From: Pseudomonadota bacterium
Lineage (GTDB): Bacteria; Bdellovibrionota; Bacteriovoracia; Bacteriovoracales; Bacteriovoracaceae
DNA length: 64,000 bases
Direction of reading: 5' to 3'
Assembly (NCBI GenBank): GCA_027487515.1
Contig: JAIYDL010000020.1
Location: 90,371 to 154,370 of the forward strand
The notes beneath the pieces were generated by a model. The model made no database searches and was not told where the DNA came from. It saw only the letters and a program-made list of their open reading frames with translations. Positions 63,954 to 64,000 of this stretch are shown here, piece after piece. Position 1 is the first letter of the stretch; each line of letters opens with the position of its first letter. The position numbers were made by a program, and so were the translations under genes.

Positions 63954-64000
63954 CTAGTTGCAAACGTTTTCGCAGGACTGGTGGTAACACCAGGTGTAGG
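63954..64000 (-). CDS. 3' end of a gene cut by the window edge; it also ends in a Cys/Tyr-rich tail
   Basis: The minus strand reads ...YTWCYHQSCENVCN*. Confidence 0.35.
   Translation of the reverse strand, partial: YTWCYHQSCENVCN

Noticed and set aside
1-64000. Search for CRISPR arrays, rRNA or tRNA genes, transposases, integrases, toxin-antitoxin pairs or known defence-system signatures (nuclease/helicase/methylase clusters).
   Set aside because: None was recognised by eye in any intergenic region or ORF. A computational scan (tRNAscan-SE, Infernal/Rfam, DefenseFinder/PADLOC) would be needed to exclude them formally.

Overview
This is a 64 kb gene-dense bacterial chromosomal segment. By rough hand counts it is about 55-60% GC, apart from an AT-richer left edge at about nt 1-1600. 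I found no rRNA, tRNA, CRISPR array, transposase or integrase. All product names come from reading motifs by eye; no database search was possible. Housekeeping genes I recognise with good confidence: queA-tgt-yajC-tatA-secD-secF (with one extra gene inserted), ihfB, gltA, clpB, glpX, pgsA, serB, sfsA, nadD, a YggS-family gene, a family-5 ABC solute-binding protein and a LysR regulator. c-di-GMP-related genes (HD-GYP, PilZ) are also present. Between these lie many genes for signal-peptide or lipoprotein products with no recognisable function, which gives a Bdellovibrionota/Oligoflexia-like impression that I cannot verify. The items most worth follow-up are: (1) a LysR-flanked export cluster with a small peptide ORF, an ABC-exporter transmembrane domain that ends exactly where the ATPase domain should begin, a HlyD adaptor and a TolC-like protein, with no ATPase gene anywhere in the window; (2) a chaperone-usher pilus operon containing two decayed pilin paralogues; (3) sigma54-type -24/-12 elements in front of four secreted-protein loci, two of which share an upstream sequence block at the same distance; (4) a secreted protein with bulb-type lectin modules at both ends; (5) an SxtK/SxtI/SxtJ-like carbamoyltransferase trio that includes a 47-aa gene absent from the ORF track; (6) a glycosidase-like gene translationally coupled inside queA-tgt; (7) a protein made of 5 x 44-aa two-cysteine repeats; (8) tandem genes encoding Tyr/Cys-rich C-terminal tails.
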